Assembly: GCA_017531315.1 (NCBI GenBank)
Contig: JAFXLH010000081.1
Location: 1 to 34,593, forward strand
Reading direction: 5' to 3'
Source of the DNA: Bacillota bacterium
GTDB lineage: Bacteria > Bacillota > Dehalobacteriia > UBA4068
DNA: 34,593 nt
The notes under the pieces: generated by a model
Told to the model about the DNA's origin: nothing
What the model saw: the letters and a program-made list of their open reading frames with translations, nothing else
The model's database searches: none
In this document: positions 1-8,841 of the stretch, one piece after another
How positions within the stretch are numbered: position 1 is the stretch's first letter
How the letters are laid out: the number at the start of each line of letters is the position of its first letter
Translations under genes and position numbers: made by a program

Positions 1-43
1 CCGCGCCTGCAAAAAGACGAAAACTTCATCATCACGCTGGAAC

Positions 44-72
44 AAAAAAGCCACTCCATTCGGAGTGGCTTT
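44..72 (-). terminator. Intrinsic terminator downstream of recN
   Basis: Hairpin AAAGCCACTCC-attc-GGAGTGGCTTT; on the minus strand it is followed by a T-run, just after the recN stop. Confidence 0.8.
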
Positions 73-83
73 AATTATGCTTA

Positions 84-1736
84 TTACGCCTCCAGCAGCA
101 TTTCGCGGGCCTGGGCGATGGTGATATCGGTGATCTCCGCGCCTGCGATCATGCGGGCGATCTCTTCCACGCGCTCTTCGCCGCTGATGCGCCGCGCGCG
201 GGATACGGTGCGCCCACCTTCCACCGCTTTGCTGATATGGATCTGATCCGCCGCCTTGGCCGCCAGCAGCGCGGCATGGCTGACGCAGATGGCCTGCGTG
301 GTGCGGCCGACCAGCGCCAGACGCTCGGCTACTGCAGAAAGGGCTCTGCCGCCGAGGCCGCTGTCCACTTCGTCGAAGACCAGCGTCGGTACCTGATCCA
401 GCTGGGAAAGCACTACCTTCATCCCCAGCACGATGCGCGAGAGCTCGCCGCCGGATGCCGTCTTGCTCACCGGCTCGAAGCCTTCGCCCGGGTTGGGGCA
501 GATCATGAACTGGGCGCGCTCATTGCCGTGGCGGCTGGGCGCGGTGGGCGGCAGGTCTACGCGGAACTGGGCATGCGGCATGCACAGCTGCACCAGCTCG
601 GCGGTGATAGCGGCAGAGAGCCGCTCCGCCGCAGCCGCACGCAGGGCGCTGAGCTGCTTAGCTTGTGCCGCATAGGCGGCTTCCGCTGCCGCCAGCTCCT
701 CTTCCAGCTGCGCCGAGCTTTCGCTCAAGTCGCGCAGCTCCTGCAATTCCTGCTCCGCCTCTTTGCGGTAGGCGATCAGGTCGTCGATGCTCTTCTGATA
801 CTTTTTACGCAGTCGCTGCAGCTGAGCCAGGCGGCTTTCCACCTCGTCCTGACGGCGGCTGTCACCACCGATGCTGTCGCGATAGCGGGATACTTCCATA
901 GCGATATCGTCTGCTTCGTAATAGAGGGAATCGGCGCGATCCGCCAGCTCCTGCAGCTGCTCATCCATCGCCGCAGCCTGCTTCAGGGATAGCGCGGCCA
1001 GACGCAGCTGGGTGCAGGCCTGATCGGAAAGGGCGGTTACTACCTCATCGCTGAGGGCCGTCAGCTTTTCGCTGCTGGCCAGACGGCGGCTTTCCGCCAT
1101 CAGCTGCTCCTCTTCCCCGGCGACCAGACGCGCCTTCTTCAGCTCTTCGCATTGGAAGGCCAGCCAGTCGATGCGCTGCTCACGCGCCGCACCGTTCTTT
1201 TCATAATCATCCAGCGCCTTGCGCGCCGCATCCAGCCGGGCATAGGCAGCGGCGGTCTGCTGCTTGGCGCCAAGCAGTGCCTCACCGCCGAAGTTATCCA
1301 GCAGCTGCAGCTGCTTGTCCTCTTCCAGCAGCGACATATGCTCCATCTGCCCGTGGATATTGATCAGCAAGCGCCCCAGCTGGCGCAGCTGTGCCAGCGT
1401 GACGGTGCGGCCGTTGAGGCGGCAGATATTGCGCCCGCCGCGCACCAGCTCACGGGAGAGGATGACCGTATCTTCCACATCCGCGCCGGCAGCCAGCAGC
1501 AGCTCCTGCGCTTCTGCCGGATACGGGGCAAAGAAGCTACCCTCGATCAGCGAGCGATCGCAGCCATCGCGGATAAAGCCATCGCCGCCGCGGCCGCCGA
1601 TCAGCAGCGATACCGCGTCGATCATCAGCGATTTGCCCGCGCCGGTCTCACCGGTGATGGCATTCAGCCCCTCACCCAGCTGCACCCGGCTCTGCTCGAT
1701 CAGGGCAAAATTTTCTACATACAGTTCGGCAAGCAT
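84..1736 (-). CDS. recN: DNA repair protein RecN
   Basis: N-terminal 'ENFALI...GLNAITGETGAGKS' Walker A, coiled coil, 'ASGGELSRIVL' signature, 'LVFDEVDSG' Walker B, C-terminal 'EEIARMIAG'; follows argR as usual. Confidence 0.97.
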   Translation of the reverse strand: MLAELYVENFALIEQSRVQLGEGLNAITGETGAGKSLMIDAVSLLIGGRGGDGFIRDGCDRSLIEGSFFAPYPAEAQELLLAAGADVEDTVILSRELVRGGRNICRLNGRTVTLAQLRQLGRLLINIHGQMEHMSLLEEDKQLQLLDNFGGEALLGAKQQTAAAYARLDAARKALDDYEKNGAAREQRIDWLAFQCEELKKARLVAGEEEQLMAESRRLASSEKLTALSDEVVTALSDQACTQLRLAALSLKQAAAMDEQLQELADRADSLYYEADDIAMEVSRYRDSIGGDSRRQDEVESRLAQLQRLRKKYQKSIDDLIAYRKEAEQELQELRDLSESSAQLEEELAAAEAAYAAQAKQLSALRAAAAERLSAAITAELVQLCMPHAQFRVDLPPTAPSRHGNERAQFMICPNPGEGFEPVSKTASGGELSRIVLGMKVVLSQLDQVPTLVFDEVDSGLGGRALSAVAERLALVGRTTQAICVSHAALLAAKAADQIHISKAVEGGRTVSRARRISGEERVEEIARMIAGAEITDITIAQAREMLLEA

Positions 1737-1752
1737 GGTTCCAGCCTCCGCT

Positions 1753-2208
1753 TTACAGGGCCAATTCCTGGATCTTGCGCATCAGGGCATGGCAATCGTC
1801 ATTTTCATGCGCCAGCATAAAGATGGTATCGTCACCGGCGATGGAGCCGGCAAATTCGGAAAAGCCGAGGCCTTCGATGCAGGCGGCAACGCCCTGCGCC
1901 GCGCCGGGCAGCGTGCGGATGACGATGATGAAGTGGGTGATCTCCATGCGCAGCAGGTTATCGCGCAGCATACGCTTGGCGCGCTCCAGATTATTGCCGG
2001 AGATGCTTTCCGGCGGCAGGCTGTAGCGGAAGCCGCCATCGCCGCCCGCCACTTTGATCAGGCCCATTTCCTTAATATCGCGGGAGATGGTGGCCTGAGT
2101 GATATTAAAGCCGTGATGACGCAGCTCGTCCGTCAGCTGGCACTGCGTTTCGATCGGCTTCTGGCTGATAATATCGCGGATAACTTTCTGTCTGCTGCTT
2201 TTGACCAT
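1753..2208 (-). CDS. argR: Arginine repressor ArgR/AhrC
   Basis: 'TQATISRDIKEMGLIKV' winged-helix motif and C-terminal 'GSIAGDDTI' arginine-binding motif; GGAGG RBS upstream. Confidence 0.97.
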   Translation of the reverse strand: MVKSSRQKVIRDIISQKPIETQCQLTDELRHHGFNITQATISRDIKEMGLIKVAGGDGGFRYSLPPESISGNNLERAKRMLRDNLLRMEITHFIIVIRTLPGAAQGVAACIEGLGFSEFAGSIAGDDTIFMLAHENDDCHALMRKIQELAL

Positions 2209-2261
2209 GGGTAGTTACCTCCAAATATATTGATCCCCTGCATCAGGGGGCGATTCCCAAA

Positions 2262-3104
2262 TTACTCGTTACGATAGAGCTTTTCTTTGATGCGGCTGAA
2301 GTAGTGGCCTTCGCCGAAGCGCACCATCTTCACATGATGCTCCGCCGCGCCTATCTGCAGCCGGTCGCCCGCCTGCAGGGCGCAGCAGCCCTGCCCGTCG
2401 GCGGTGAGCAGGCCGCGCTCGCTGCCGTGGCAGCATATCTCCACCCGGCTATTGGGGCCGATAACCAGCGGGCGGGAGAAAAAGCTGTGCGGGCAGATGG
2501 GCACCAGCAGCAGCACATCCGTACCCGGCGCCACCAGCGGTCCGCCGGCCGAGAAGGCATAGCCGGTAGAGCCGGTGGGCGTGGCCACGATAATGCCGTC
2601 CGCCTGATAATTGTGCAGCATCTCGCCGTCTACCGTTACCTCCAGCTGCACGGTGCGCGAATACTCCAGATTGTTGATGACAAGATCATTCAGCGCCACG
2701 AAGCTCTCGCCGCTGCCGTCTTTGCGGATAAGGCTGCCGCTGAGCAGCATCCGCTGCTCAGTGCGATAGCTGCCGCTGAGCAGCTGCGGTATCACTTCTT
2801 CCAGCTGTTCCGGCTCGGTCTCGGCCAAAAAGCCCAGCTTGCCTAAATTGACGCCCAGCAGCGCCACGCCGTAGGGCGCCAGCGCGCGGCCGGCCGCCAG
2901 TATCGAGCCATCGCCGCCTAATACTACCGCCACCTCACAGCCGGAAAAGTCTATCTCCGCCAGCTGGCGCAGCTCCAGCGGCTCGCCAAATACGCCCTCG
3001 CAGACCGCCCCGTGGGCTTTCAGCAGGTAGAGCGCCTGATGAGCTATCTGCAGATTCTCCGCCTTTTTGCCGTTATACAAAACTGCACAGCGCAAATTCA
3101 TCAT
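2262..3104 (-). CDS. nadK: NAD(+) kinase
   Basis: 'LGGDGS', 'GVNLGKLGFL', 'ALND', 'ADGIIVATPTGSTGY..SAGGP' motifs; typical tlyA-nadK-argR-recN order. Confidence 0.96.
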   Translation of the reverse strand: MMNLRCAVLYNGKKAENLQIAHQALYLLKAHGAVCEGVFGEPLELRQLAEIDFSGCEVAVVLGGDGSILAAGRALAPYGVALLGVNLGKLGFLAETEPEQLEEVIPQLLSGSYRTEQRMLLSGSLIRKDGSGESFVALNDLVINNLEYSRTVQLEVTVDGEMLHNYQADGIIVATPTGSTGYAFSAGGPLVAPGTDVLLLVPICPHSFFSRPLVIGPNSRVEICCHGSERGLLTADGQGCCALQAGDRLQIGAAEHHVKMVRFGEGHYFSRIKEKLYRNE

Positions 3105-3110
3105 CTCCGT

Positions 3111-3146
3111 AAAAAATGGCCGGTAACCAATATTAAGTTACCGGCC
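3111..3146 (-). terminator. Terminator-like hairpin between tlyA and nadK
   Basis: Perfect 10-bp stem GGCCGGTAAC/GTTACCGGCC (3118-3146) followed on the minus strand by ATTTTTT. Confidence 0.6.
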
Positions 3147-3157
3147 CTCATATACAC

Positions 3158-3186
3158 ATTTTACATCAATATACATGAATATGCAA
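3158..3186 (-). promoter_or_regulatory. Putative SigA promoter for nadK-argR-recN overlapped by an ARG-box-like site
   Basis: Minus strand TTGCAT-17 nt-TAAAAT; TGCATATTCATGTA (3185-3172) resembles the ArgR operator core. Confidence 0.55.
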
Positions 3187-3204
3187 GGAATATTTGCATA
3201 AAAT

Positions 3205-4014
3205 TCATTTACCCAAATGCTCTGCCGCCGCGGCTACGATCGCTTCCGCATGCAGCTCCGGCTGGGGATGCGTACCCTTCTTCGCCAGCAGCAGATACTC
3301 GATATTGCCTTCCGGCCCGGTGATGGGAGAGAAATCCAGCCCGATCGGCGTCACGCCCATTTCCGGGCAGGCGGCGAGTATGCCCTGCACCACTTCTAAG
3401 TGCGTAGCGGCATCGCGTACCACGCCCTTTTTGCCCACCTTATCGCGCCCGGCCTCGAACTGCGGCTTGATCAGCGCTACCAGCAGGCCGTCCTCTTTGA
3501 GGCAATGCTGCAAAGCGGAGGGCAGCAGCACCTTCAGCGAGATGAACGAGGCATCCACCACGATCATATCCACGGGCGGCGAGATCAGCTCCGCATCCAA
3601 ATAGCGGGCATTGGTCTTTTCCATCACGGTGACGCGCTCATCCTGACGCAGCTTCCACGCCAGCTGTCCGTAGCCCACATCCACCGCATAAACATGCGCC
3701 GCACCGTTCTGCAGCGCGCAATCGGTGAAGCCGCCGGTGGAAGCGCCGATATCCAGCACCCGCAGGCCGGTCATATCCAGATCGAACACCTGCACCGCCT
3801 TGGCCAGCTTCAGCCCGCCGCGGGAGACAAAGGGCAGGCGCTCGCCGGTGAGGCGGATATTTACATCTTCCGGGTAGTTCTGCCCCGGCTTATCCGCCCG
3901 CTGCTCGCCGATCCACACCTCGCCGGCCATAATGGCGGCCTTGGCGGCATCGCGCCCGGTGAACAGCCCGCGCTCTACCAATATCTGATCCAGTCTTTTC
4001 TTCTCTTTAGCCAT
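3205..4014 (-). CDS. tlyA: TlyA family rRNA 2'-O-methyltransferase
   Basis: N-terminal S4-like 'KRLDQILVERGL', 'FVSRGGLKL', 'LDIGASTGGFTD', 'IKPQFEAG', 'GPEGNIEYL'. Confidence 0.96.
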   Translation of the reverse strand: MAKEKKRLDQILVERGLFTGRDAAKAAIMAGEVWIGEQRADKPGQNYPEDVNIRLTGERLPFVSRGGLKLAKAVQVFDLDMTGLRVLDIGASTGGFTDCALQNGAAHVYAVDVGYGQLAWKLRQDERVTVMEKTNARYLDAELISPPVDMIVVDASFISLKVLLPSALQHCLKEDGLLVALIKPQFEAGRDKVGKKGVVRDAATHLEVVQGILAACPEMGVTPIGLDFSPITGPEGNIEYLLLAKKGTHPQPELHAEAIVAAAAEHLGK

Positions 4015-4038
4015 AATAACTCCGTTTACTTATTGCGC

Positions 4039-5904
4039 CTATTTATTGAACCAGCGTTCCTGTATCTGCGCCGCCAGATTCAGCGCGGTGAGGCCGTAGC
4101 GCTGGAACAGCTGATCGCGGGTAGCCTGCTGGATGAATGCTTTGGGGAAGCCGATGCTCAGCACGTCCACGCTATTTGGCAGCGCGGCGCGGCAGGCTTC
4201 GCCGAAGCCGCCATCGACGATATTATCTTCGATAGTGGCAATACGCGGGCAGCTCGCGGCCACTTCCATCAGCTCCGCCGGCAGCGGCTGCAGGAAGCGC
4301 GCATTATAGACCGCCGCCTTGATGCCCTGCTTCAAGAGCAGCTCGGCCGCCTTTTCCGCCACGGCGCACATCGGGCCCACGGCGAAGATGGCGCAGTCCG
4401 CGCCGCTTTTGCGCAGCTCCGCATGTCCGTAGACCAGCGGCTCGCCCAAGCTTCCCACTTCCGCCTTGCCGCGCGGGTAGCGCATGACAACCGGCGCATC
4501 GAGGCTTACCGCATAGGGCAGCATCGCCTGCAGCTCGGCGGCATTTTTCGGTGCCAGCATGGTCAGGCCGGGGATGGAGCGGAGGAAGGAGATATCGAAG
4601 ATACCCTGATGCGTTTCGCCGTCATCGCCCACGATACCGGCGCGATCCAGCGCGATCACCACCGGCAGCTGCGGCATGCAGATATCGTGCAGCAGCTGGT
4701 CATAGGCGCGCTGCAGGAAGGAGGAATAGAGCGCCACGATGGGGCGCGCCCCGCCTGCCGCCAGACCGGAGGCGAAGGTGAGCGCATGCTCTTCGGCAAT
4801 GCCCACGTCGAAGAAGCGCTGCGGGTGCTGCTCGGCAAAGGCGGCAAGGCCGGTGCCGATGCTCATAGCGGCGGTGATGCCGACGATGCGCTCATCCTTT
4901 GCCGCCATATCCACCATCGCTTCGGAAAAAGCATTGGTATAGCTGTAATCTTTATGCAGCACCTTGCCGCTTTCGATATCGAAAGGCGCGGTGCCGTGGA
5001 AGCGTTCCGGATGCTCCTCGGCCGGGGCATAGCCGTGGCCCTTATGCGTCAGCACATGCAGCAGCACCGGGCCGTCCACCTCTTTGGCGCGGGAGAACAT
5101 CTCGATCAGCGCCGGGATATCGTGGCCGTCCACCGGGCCCATATAGTTCAAGCCCATTTCTTCAAAGAGCAGGCCTTCGCGGTTCAGCGTATTGCTCTTT
5201 ACCGCGTCTTTGGTAATATCCAGCGCGCGGAACAGCGGCTTGCCCACCAGCGGGATATTGGGCAGGCTCTGCTTCACGCCCTTTTTCAGCTTCAGATAGC
5301 CGGGAGAAGTACGCATCCGCAGCAGGTATTTGGCCAGCGCGCCCACATTGGGGTCGATGCTCATCTCATTATCGTTTAAAACCACGATCATCTTGGTCTG
5401 GTTGAAGCCGACATTGTTCAGCCCTTCCCAGGCCAGACCGCCGGTCAGCGCGCCGTCGCCGATCACCGCCACCACCTGATGGTCGCGCCCGGCAATATCA
5501 CGCGCCGCCGCCAGACCCAGCGCCGCCGAAATGGAGGTGCTGGCGTGCCCCGTCTCGATCACGTCGTAGGGGCTCTCGCAGCGCTTGGGGAAGCCGCTAA
5601 GGCCTGCCACGCTGCGCAGGGTGGTAAAAGCCTCGCGGCGGCCGGTGATGATCTTATGCGTATAGCACTGATGCCCCACGTCCCATACCAGCTGGTCGGT
5701 GGGCGTATCGAAGGCATAATGCAGCGCCAGCGTCAGCTCCACCGCGCCTAAGTTGGGCGCCAGATGCCCGCCGCGCACGCTCACCACCTGAATGATGTAT
5801 TCGCGCAGCTCGGCAGCGAGCTGATCCAGCTGCTCCACGCTTAAACGGCGCAGGTCGGCCGGGTCATTGATCTGCGGCAATAATTTTTCCTGCAAATTTT
5901 CCAT
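4039..5904 (-). CDS. dxs: 1-deoxy-D-xylulose-5-phosphate synthase
   Basis: 'GGHLAPNLG', 'WDVGHQ', 'GHASTSISA', TPP motif 'GDGALTGG...LNDNEMSI', 'DVGIAEEHA', 'DRAGIVGDDGETH'. Confidence 0.98.
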   Translation of the reverse strand: MENLQEKLLPQINDPADLRRLSVEQLDQLAAELREYIIQVVSVRGGHLAPNLGAVELTLALHYAFDTPTDQLVWDVGHQCYTHKIITGRREAFTTLRSVAGLSGFPKRCESPYDVIETGHASTSISAALGLAAARDIAGRDHQVVAVIGDGALTGGLAWEGLNNVGFNQTKMIVVLNDNEMSIDPNVGALAKYLLRMRTSPGYLKLKKGVKQSLPNIPLVGKPLFRALDITKDAVKSNTLNREGLLFEEMGLNYMGPVDGHDIPALIEMFSRAKEVDGPVLLHVLTHKGHGYAPAEEHPERFHGTAPFDIESGKVLHKDYSYTNAFSEAMVDMAAKDERIVGITAAMSIGTGLAAFAEQHPQRFFDVGIAEEHALTFASGLAAGGARPIVALYSSFLQRAYDQLLHDICMPQLPVVIALDRAGIVGDDGETHQGIFDISFLRSIPGLTMLAPKNAAELQAMLPYAVSLDAPVVMRYPRGKAEVGSLGEPLVYGHAELRKSGADCAIFAVGPMCAVAEKAAELLLKQGIKAAVYNARFLQPLPAELMEVAASCPRIATIEDNIVDGGFGEACRAALPNSVDVLSIGFPKAFIQQATRDQLFQRYGLTALNLAAQIQERWFNK

Positions 5905-5923
5905 TTGTACCTCTTTATCGCTT

Positions 5924-6271
5924 TTAAAGCAAAAAATCCTCTATCAGTTCCACTTCCCCCTGCGGCAGCAGCACCGCCGCAGAGATGAAGCAGCATTCGG
6001 GCTCGGATGCATAATTCTCGGCCAGATAGCAGGCGGCGGCTTTGGCGATCTGCCCGCGCTTATGCGCGTTCACCGCTTCCTGCGGGGCGCCGTGCGCGCT
6101 GCCGCGCCGCGCCTTCACTTCCACAAAGCAGAGCTTCCCGCCCAGCTTTGCGATAATATCCACTTCGCCGTAGCGGCAGCGCCAGTTGCGGGCGACTATC
6201 TCGTAGCCTGCCTGCTGCAGCGCCTGCGCCGCCAGCTCTTCGCCGCGCTTACCGGTGCTCAGATTGCTCAT
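5924..6271 (-). CDS. YraN family (UPF0102) putative endonuclease
   Basis: Start re-placed at ATG 6271 (MSNLSTGKRGEELA); 'RNWRCRYGEVDIIA..LCFVEVKAR' PD-(D/E)xK YraN signature; follows rnhB. Confidence 0.9.
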   Translation of the reverse strand: MSNLSTGKRGEELAAQALQQAGYEIVARNWRCRYGEVDIIAKLGGKLCFVEVKARRGSAHGAPQEAVNAHKRGQIAKAAACYLAENYASEPECCFISAAVLLPQGEVELIEDFLL

Positions 6272-6272
6272 A

Positions 6273-7028
6273 TCACTGCTCCTTGCCGGTAAAGCTGAGC
6301 CGCTGGATGGGCGACGGGCCGCACTCGCGCACCGCCTGCCGATGCTTGGCGGTGGGGTAGCCCTTGTGCCCGGCATAGCCGTAGGCGGGGTACATAGCGT
6401 CGAACTTCTGCATGATGCGGTCGCGGTGATTCTTGGCGAGGATGCTGGCCGCAGCGATGGAAACGCTCACCGCGTCGCCGTGGACAAGCCCCGTCTGCGG
6501 GATGCCGATATGCGGTATCTCCAGCGCATCGATCAGCAGATGCTGCGGCTGCACCGTTAGCTTATTCACCGCGCGGCGCATCGCCAGCAGGGCCGCCTGC
6601 AGAATATTGATCTCGTCTATCTTCTCGTGGTTCACACCGGCCACCGCCCAGGCAATGGCCTTTTGCTTGATCTGCTCTTCCAGCTGCAGGCGCACCTTTT
6701 CGCTGAGCTTCTTCGAATCGTCCAGCTGCCAGATGCGGCAATCCAGCGGCAGGATAACCGCCGCCGCCACTACCGGCCCGGCCAGCGGCCCGCGCCCGGC
6801 CTCATCGATGCCGCAGATCAGCGTAGTGCCGCGTTCCTGCAGCCAGCGCTCATAGGCGCTCATGGCGATGAGGCGCTGCTCTTCGGCGGCGCGGCGGGCT
6901 AAGTGCGCCTCTGCCACAGCGCGGAATTCGGCGTCTTCATGCTCGGCCAGCGCCTCCACTACGCCCAGCGGCGCATCGAAGCTTTTGCAAATGCGTTTGG
7001 CAGCTGCCAGCTCACTGCTTCTGCTCAT
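6273..7028 (-). CDS. rnhB: Ribonuclease HII
   Basis: 'GIDEAGRGPLAGPVVAAAV', 'DSKKLS', 'SIAAASILAK', 'HKGYPT'; start re-placed at ATG 7028 with GGAGG upstream, overlapping the rbgA 3' end. Confidence 0.95.
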   Translation of the reverse strand: MSRSSELAAAKRICKSFDAPLGVVEALAEHEDAEFRAVAEAHLARRAAEEQRLIAMSAYERWLQERGTTLICGIDEAGRGPLAGPVVAAAVILPLDCRIWQLDDSKKLSEKVRLQLEEQIKQKAIAWAVAGVNHEKIDEINILQAALLAMRRAVNKLTVQPQHLLIDALEIPHIGIPQTGLVHGDAVSVSIAAASILAKNHRDRIMQKFDAMYPAYGYAGHKGYPTAKHRQAVRECGPSPIQRLSFTGKEQ

Positions 7029-7962
7029 CGGCGGCCTCCGCGAATACTTCATCCGCCTTTTCCAAAGAGAGGCGGCCCAGCTTGCCGGCGCGGTATTCCT
7101 GCAGCAGGATCGGCGCGGCGTCTTCATAGCGCACGGTGCCGCCGGGGCCCAGGAGACCGCGGCTGCGGCCGATGGCGGTGAAGATCTCATCCGCCGTTTC
7201 CGGCAGTTCTTTCAGCTTATAGCGCTCCATCAGCGCCTGCGGAGCATTATCCTTCAGCCACAGCGCCAGATCGCCCGCCACCTGATACATGGGGAAGGCG
7301 GCATCGCTGATGCAGCCGATGACAGCGAGGCAAAAGGCGGTATGATAATTGGCAAAACGCGGCCAGAGCAGGCCGGGAGTATCGAGCAGCTCTACGCCGG
7401 CGCCGGTTTTCACCCACTGGCGGCCACGGGTGACGCCGGGCTTGTTGCCGGTTTTGGCCGAAGACTTGGGCGAGAGCGCATTGATGACGGTGGACTTGCC
7501 GCAGTTGGGCACGCCGATGATCATAGCACGCGGATCACGCGGCTGCAGGCCCTTGCGTACCAGCTTTTCGCGGAAGGGCTTGCCGGCCTTCAGCAGGGCG
7601 GCCTGCAGATCTTTTAAGCCCTCTTTGCGCGCGGCATTTACCGCTACCGGGATATAGCCTTCTTTCTTATAGCGGGCGATCCACAGCTTGGTCTGCTGCG
7701 GGTCGGCGAGGTCGGCCTTGTTCAGCAGCAGCAGATGCGGCTTGCGCTTGGCATACTGCGCCAGATCGGGGTTGCGGCTGCTGAAGGGTGCGCGGGCGTC
7801 CACCACTTCCACCAGCATATCTACCAGCGCCAGATCCTCTTCCATACCGCGGCGGGCCTTGACCATATGGCCGGGGTACCAGTGGATCTGCTGATGGTAG
7901 CCGCGGGTCACGGTATCGCCGCTTTGCATTTCCTGCAGCAGTTCGTCGTATTTTTCGCTCAT
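7012..7962 (-). CDS. rbgA: Ribosome biogenesis GTPase RbgA (YlqF)
   Basis: 'IHWYPGHM', 'DARAP', 'NKAD', 'GVPNCGKST', 'PGVT', 'DTPGLLWP' in circularly permuted GTPase order. Confidence 0.96.
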   Translation of the reverse strand: MSEKYDELLQEMQSGDTVTRGYHQQIHWYPGHMVKARRGMEEDLALVDMLVEVVDARAPFSSRNPDLAQYAKRKPHLLLLNKADLADPQQTKLWIARYKKEGYIPVAVNAARKEGLKDLQAALLKAGKPFREKLVRKGLQPRDPRAMIIGVPNCGKSTVINALSPKSSAKTGNKPGVTRGRQWVKTGAGVELLDTPGLLWPRFANYHTAFCLAVIGCISDAAFPMYQVAGDLALWLKDNAPQALMERYKLKELPETADEIFTAIGRSRGLLGPGGTVRYEDAAPILLQEYRAGKLGRLSLEKADEVFAEAADEQKQ

Positions 7963-8024
7963 CGTAAAAACCTCTCTTATAGCTTAAAAGCGCGCAAAAT
8001 GCGGCCAGAATATCATCTGACCGC

Positions 8025-8054
8025 ATTATACCACAAATGTTGCACACTTGCCAA
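8025..8054 (-). promoter_or_regulatory. Putative SigA promoter of the rbgA-rnhB-yraN-dxs-tlyA unit
   Basis: Minus strand TTGGCA-18 nt-TATAAT with extended -10 (TGnTATAAT). Confidence 0.65.
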
Positions 8055-8064
8055 TATTAAGCTG

Positions 8065-8619
8065 TTAACTGATGCCGCAGCAGCGCCGATATTGTTCGGC
8101 TATCAGCAGCGCTGCCTCTTCTACGCTGATCTCGCCGGTATTGACGATGAGATCGGCATTTTCCGCATAGGGCTGCTGCCGCTGCTCCAGTAGCGCCGCG
8201 ATATTTTCTTTATCCACGCGGCTAAGCGGCATGGCGCGGTTGCTCTTGCGGCTGATGCGCTGCAATATCACCTCCGGCGGGGCTTGCAGCAGCACGAAGT
8301 AGCCCTGCTCTTTGAGCGGCTGCAGGCGCTGGCCGCTCGGCTCGCTGATGCTGCCGCCGCAGGCTACCACCTGATGCTCTTTTTGCGAGAGCTTGCGTAT
8401 CACCAGCTCTTCTTCAGAGCGGAAGCGTATTTCGCCGTGCTTTTTGATCAGGCGCGGCAGGGGCATGCCGGTGACATCCGCTATCGCTTCATCGGTATCG
8501 ACAAAATCATAGTCCAGCTCCCGCGCCAGATGGCGGCCCACCACCGTTTTGCCGCTGCCCATGAAGCCGATCAGCACGATATTTTTCTTTTCCGCCATTT
8601 GTTGTTCGGTATTTGCCAT
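8065..8619 (-). CDS. aroK: Shikimate kinase family protein
   Basis: 'NIVLIGFMGSGKT' P-loop, 'DTD', 'GE..FRSEE', 'R..PY'; start taken at ATG 8619 (alternative 8598). The ORF-track N-terminal extension is not homologous-looking. Confidence 0.85.
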   Translation of the reverse strand: MANTEQQMAEKKNIVLIGFMGSGKTVVGRHLARELDYDFVDTDEAIADVTGMPLPRLIKKHGEIRFRSEEELVIRKLSQKEHQVVACGGSISEPSGQRLQPLKEQGYFVLLQAPPEVILQRISRKSNRAMPLSRVDKENIAALLEQRQQPYAENADLIVNTGEISVEEAALLIAEQYRRCCGIS

Positions 8620-8681
8620 TTTTCCACCAACCTTTTTTAGGGACTCCGTACGGGTGTTGCGAAGATATCTCGGAACAATAA

Positions 8682-8709
8682 ATTCGCAGCCACACCCCCA
8701 TTTACCTGC
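8682..8709 (-). promoter_or_regulatory. Putative SigH-type promoter upstream of aroK
   Basis: Minus strand GCAGGTAAAT...GCGAATTTA, with 18 nt between AGGT and GAAT. Confidence 0.4.
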
Positions 8710-8841
8710 CCTTTTATTCCGAGCTGATACGACAGCAACCGAGCAAATGCGACAAAAAAGGCGCATTTGCCACAGCAAACCGCGCCGAAAAGCAGTTACT
8801 TTGTCGCATCCGCCCGCATTTTGGCGAAAAGTTTTTGCCCC

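Noticed and set aside
1-45. Possible 3' end of a convergent plus-strand gene (PRLQKDENFIITLEQ...)
   Set aside because: That frame has no stop before running into recN; too little sequence to support a call.
2235-2249. Short hairpin CCCCTG-cat-CAGGGG between nadK and argR
   Set aside because: Only a 6-bp stem without a T-run; insufficient for a terminator call.
3400-5379. 659-aa plus-strand ORF
   Set aside because: Antisense shadow of dxs and tlyA; no recognisable motifs; long antisense frames are expected with GC-rich codon bias.
5884-5898. CodY-box-like sequence at the dxs start
   Set aside because: Four mismatches to AATTTTCWGAAAATT and within coding sequence; not distinguishable from chance.
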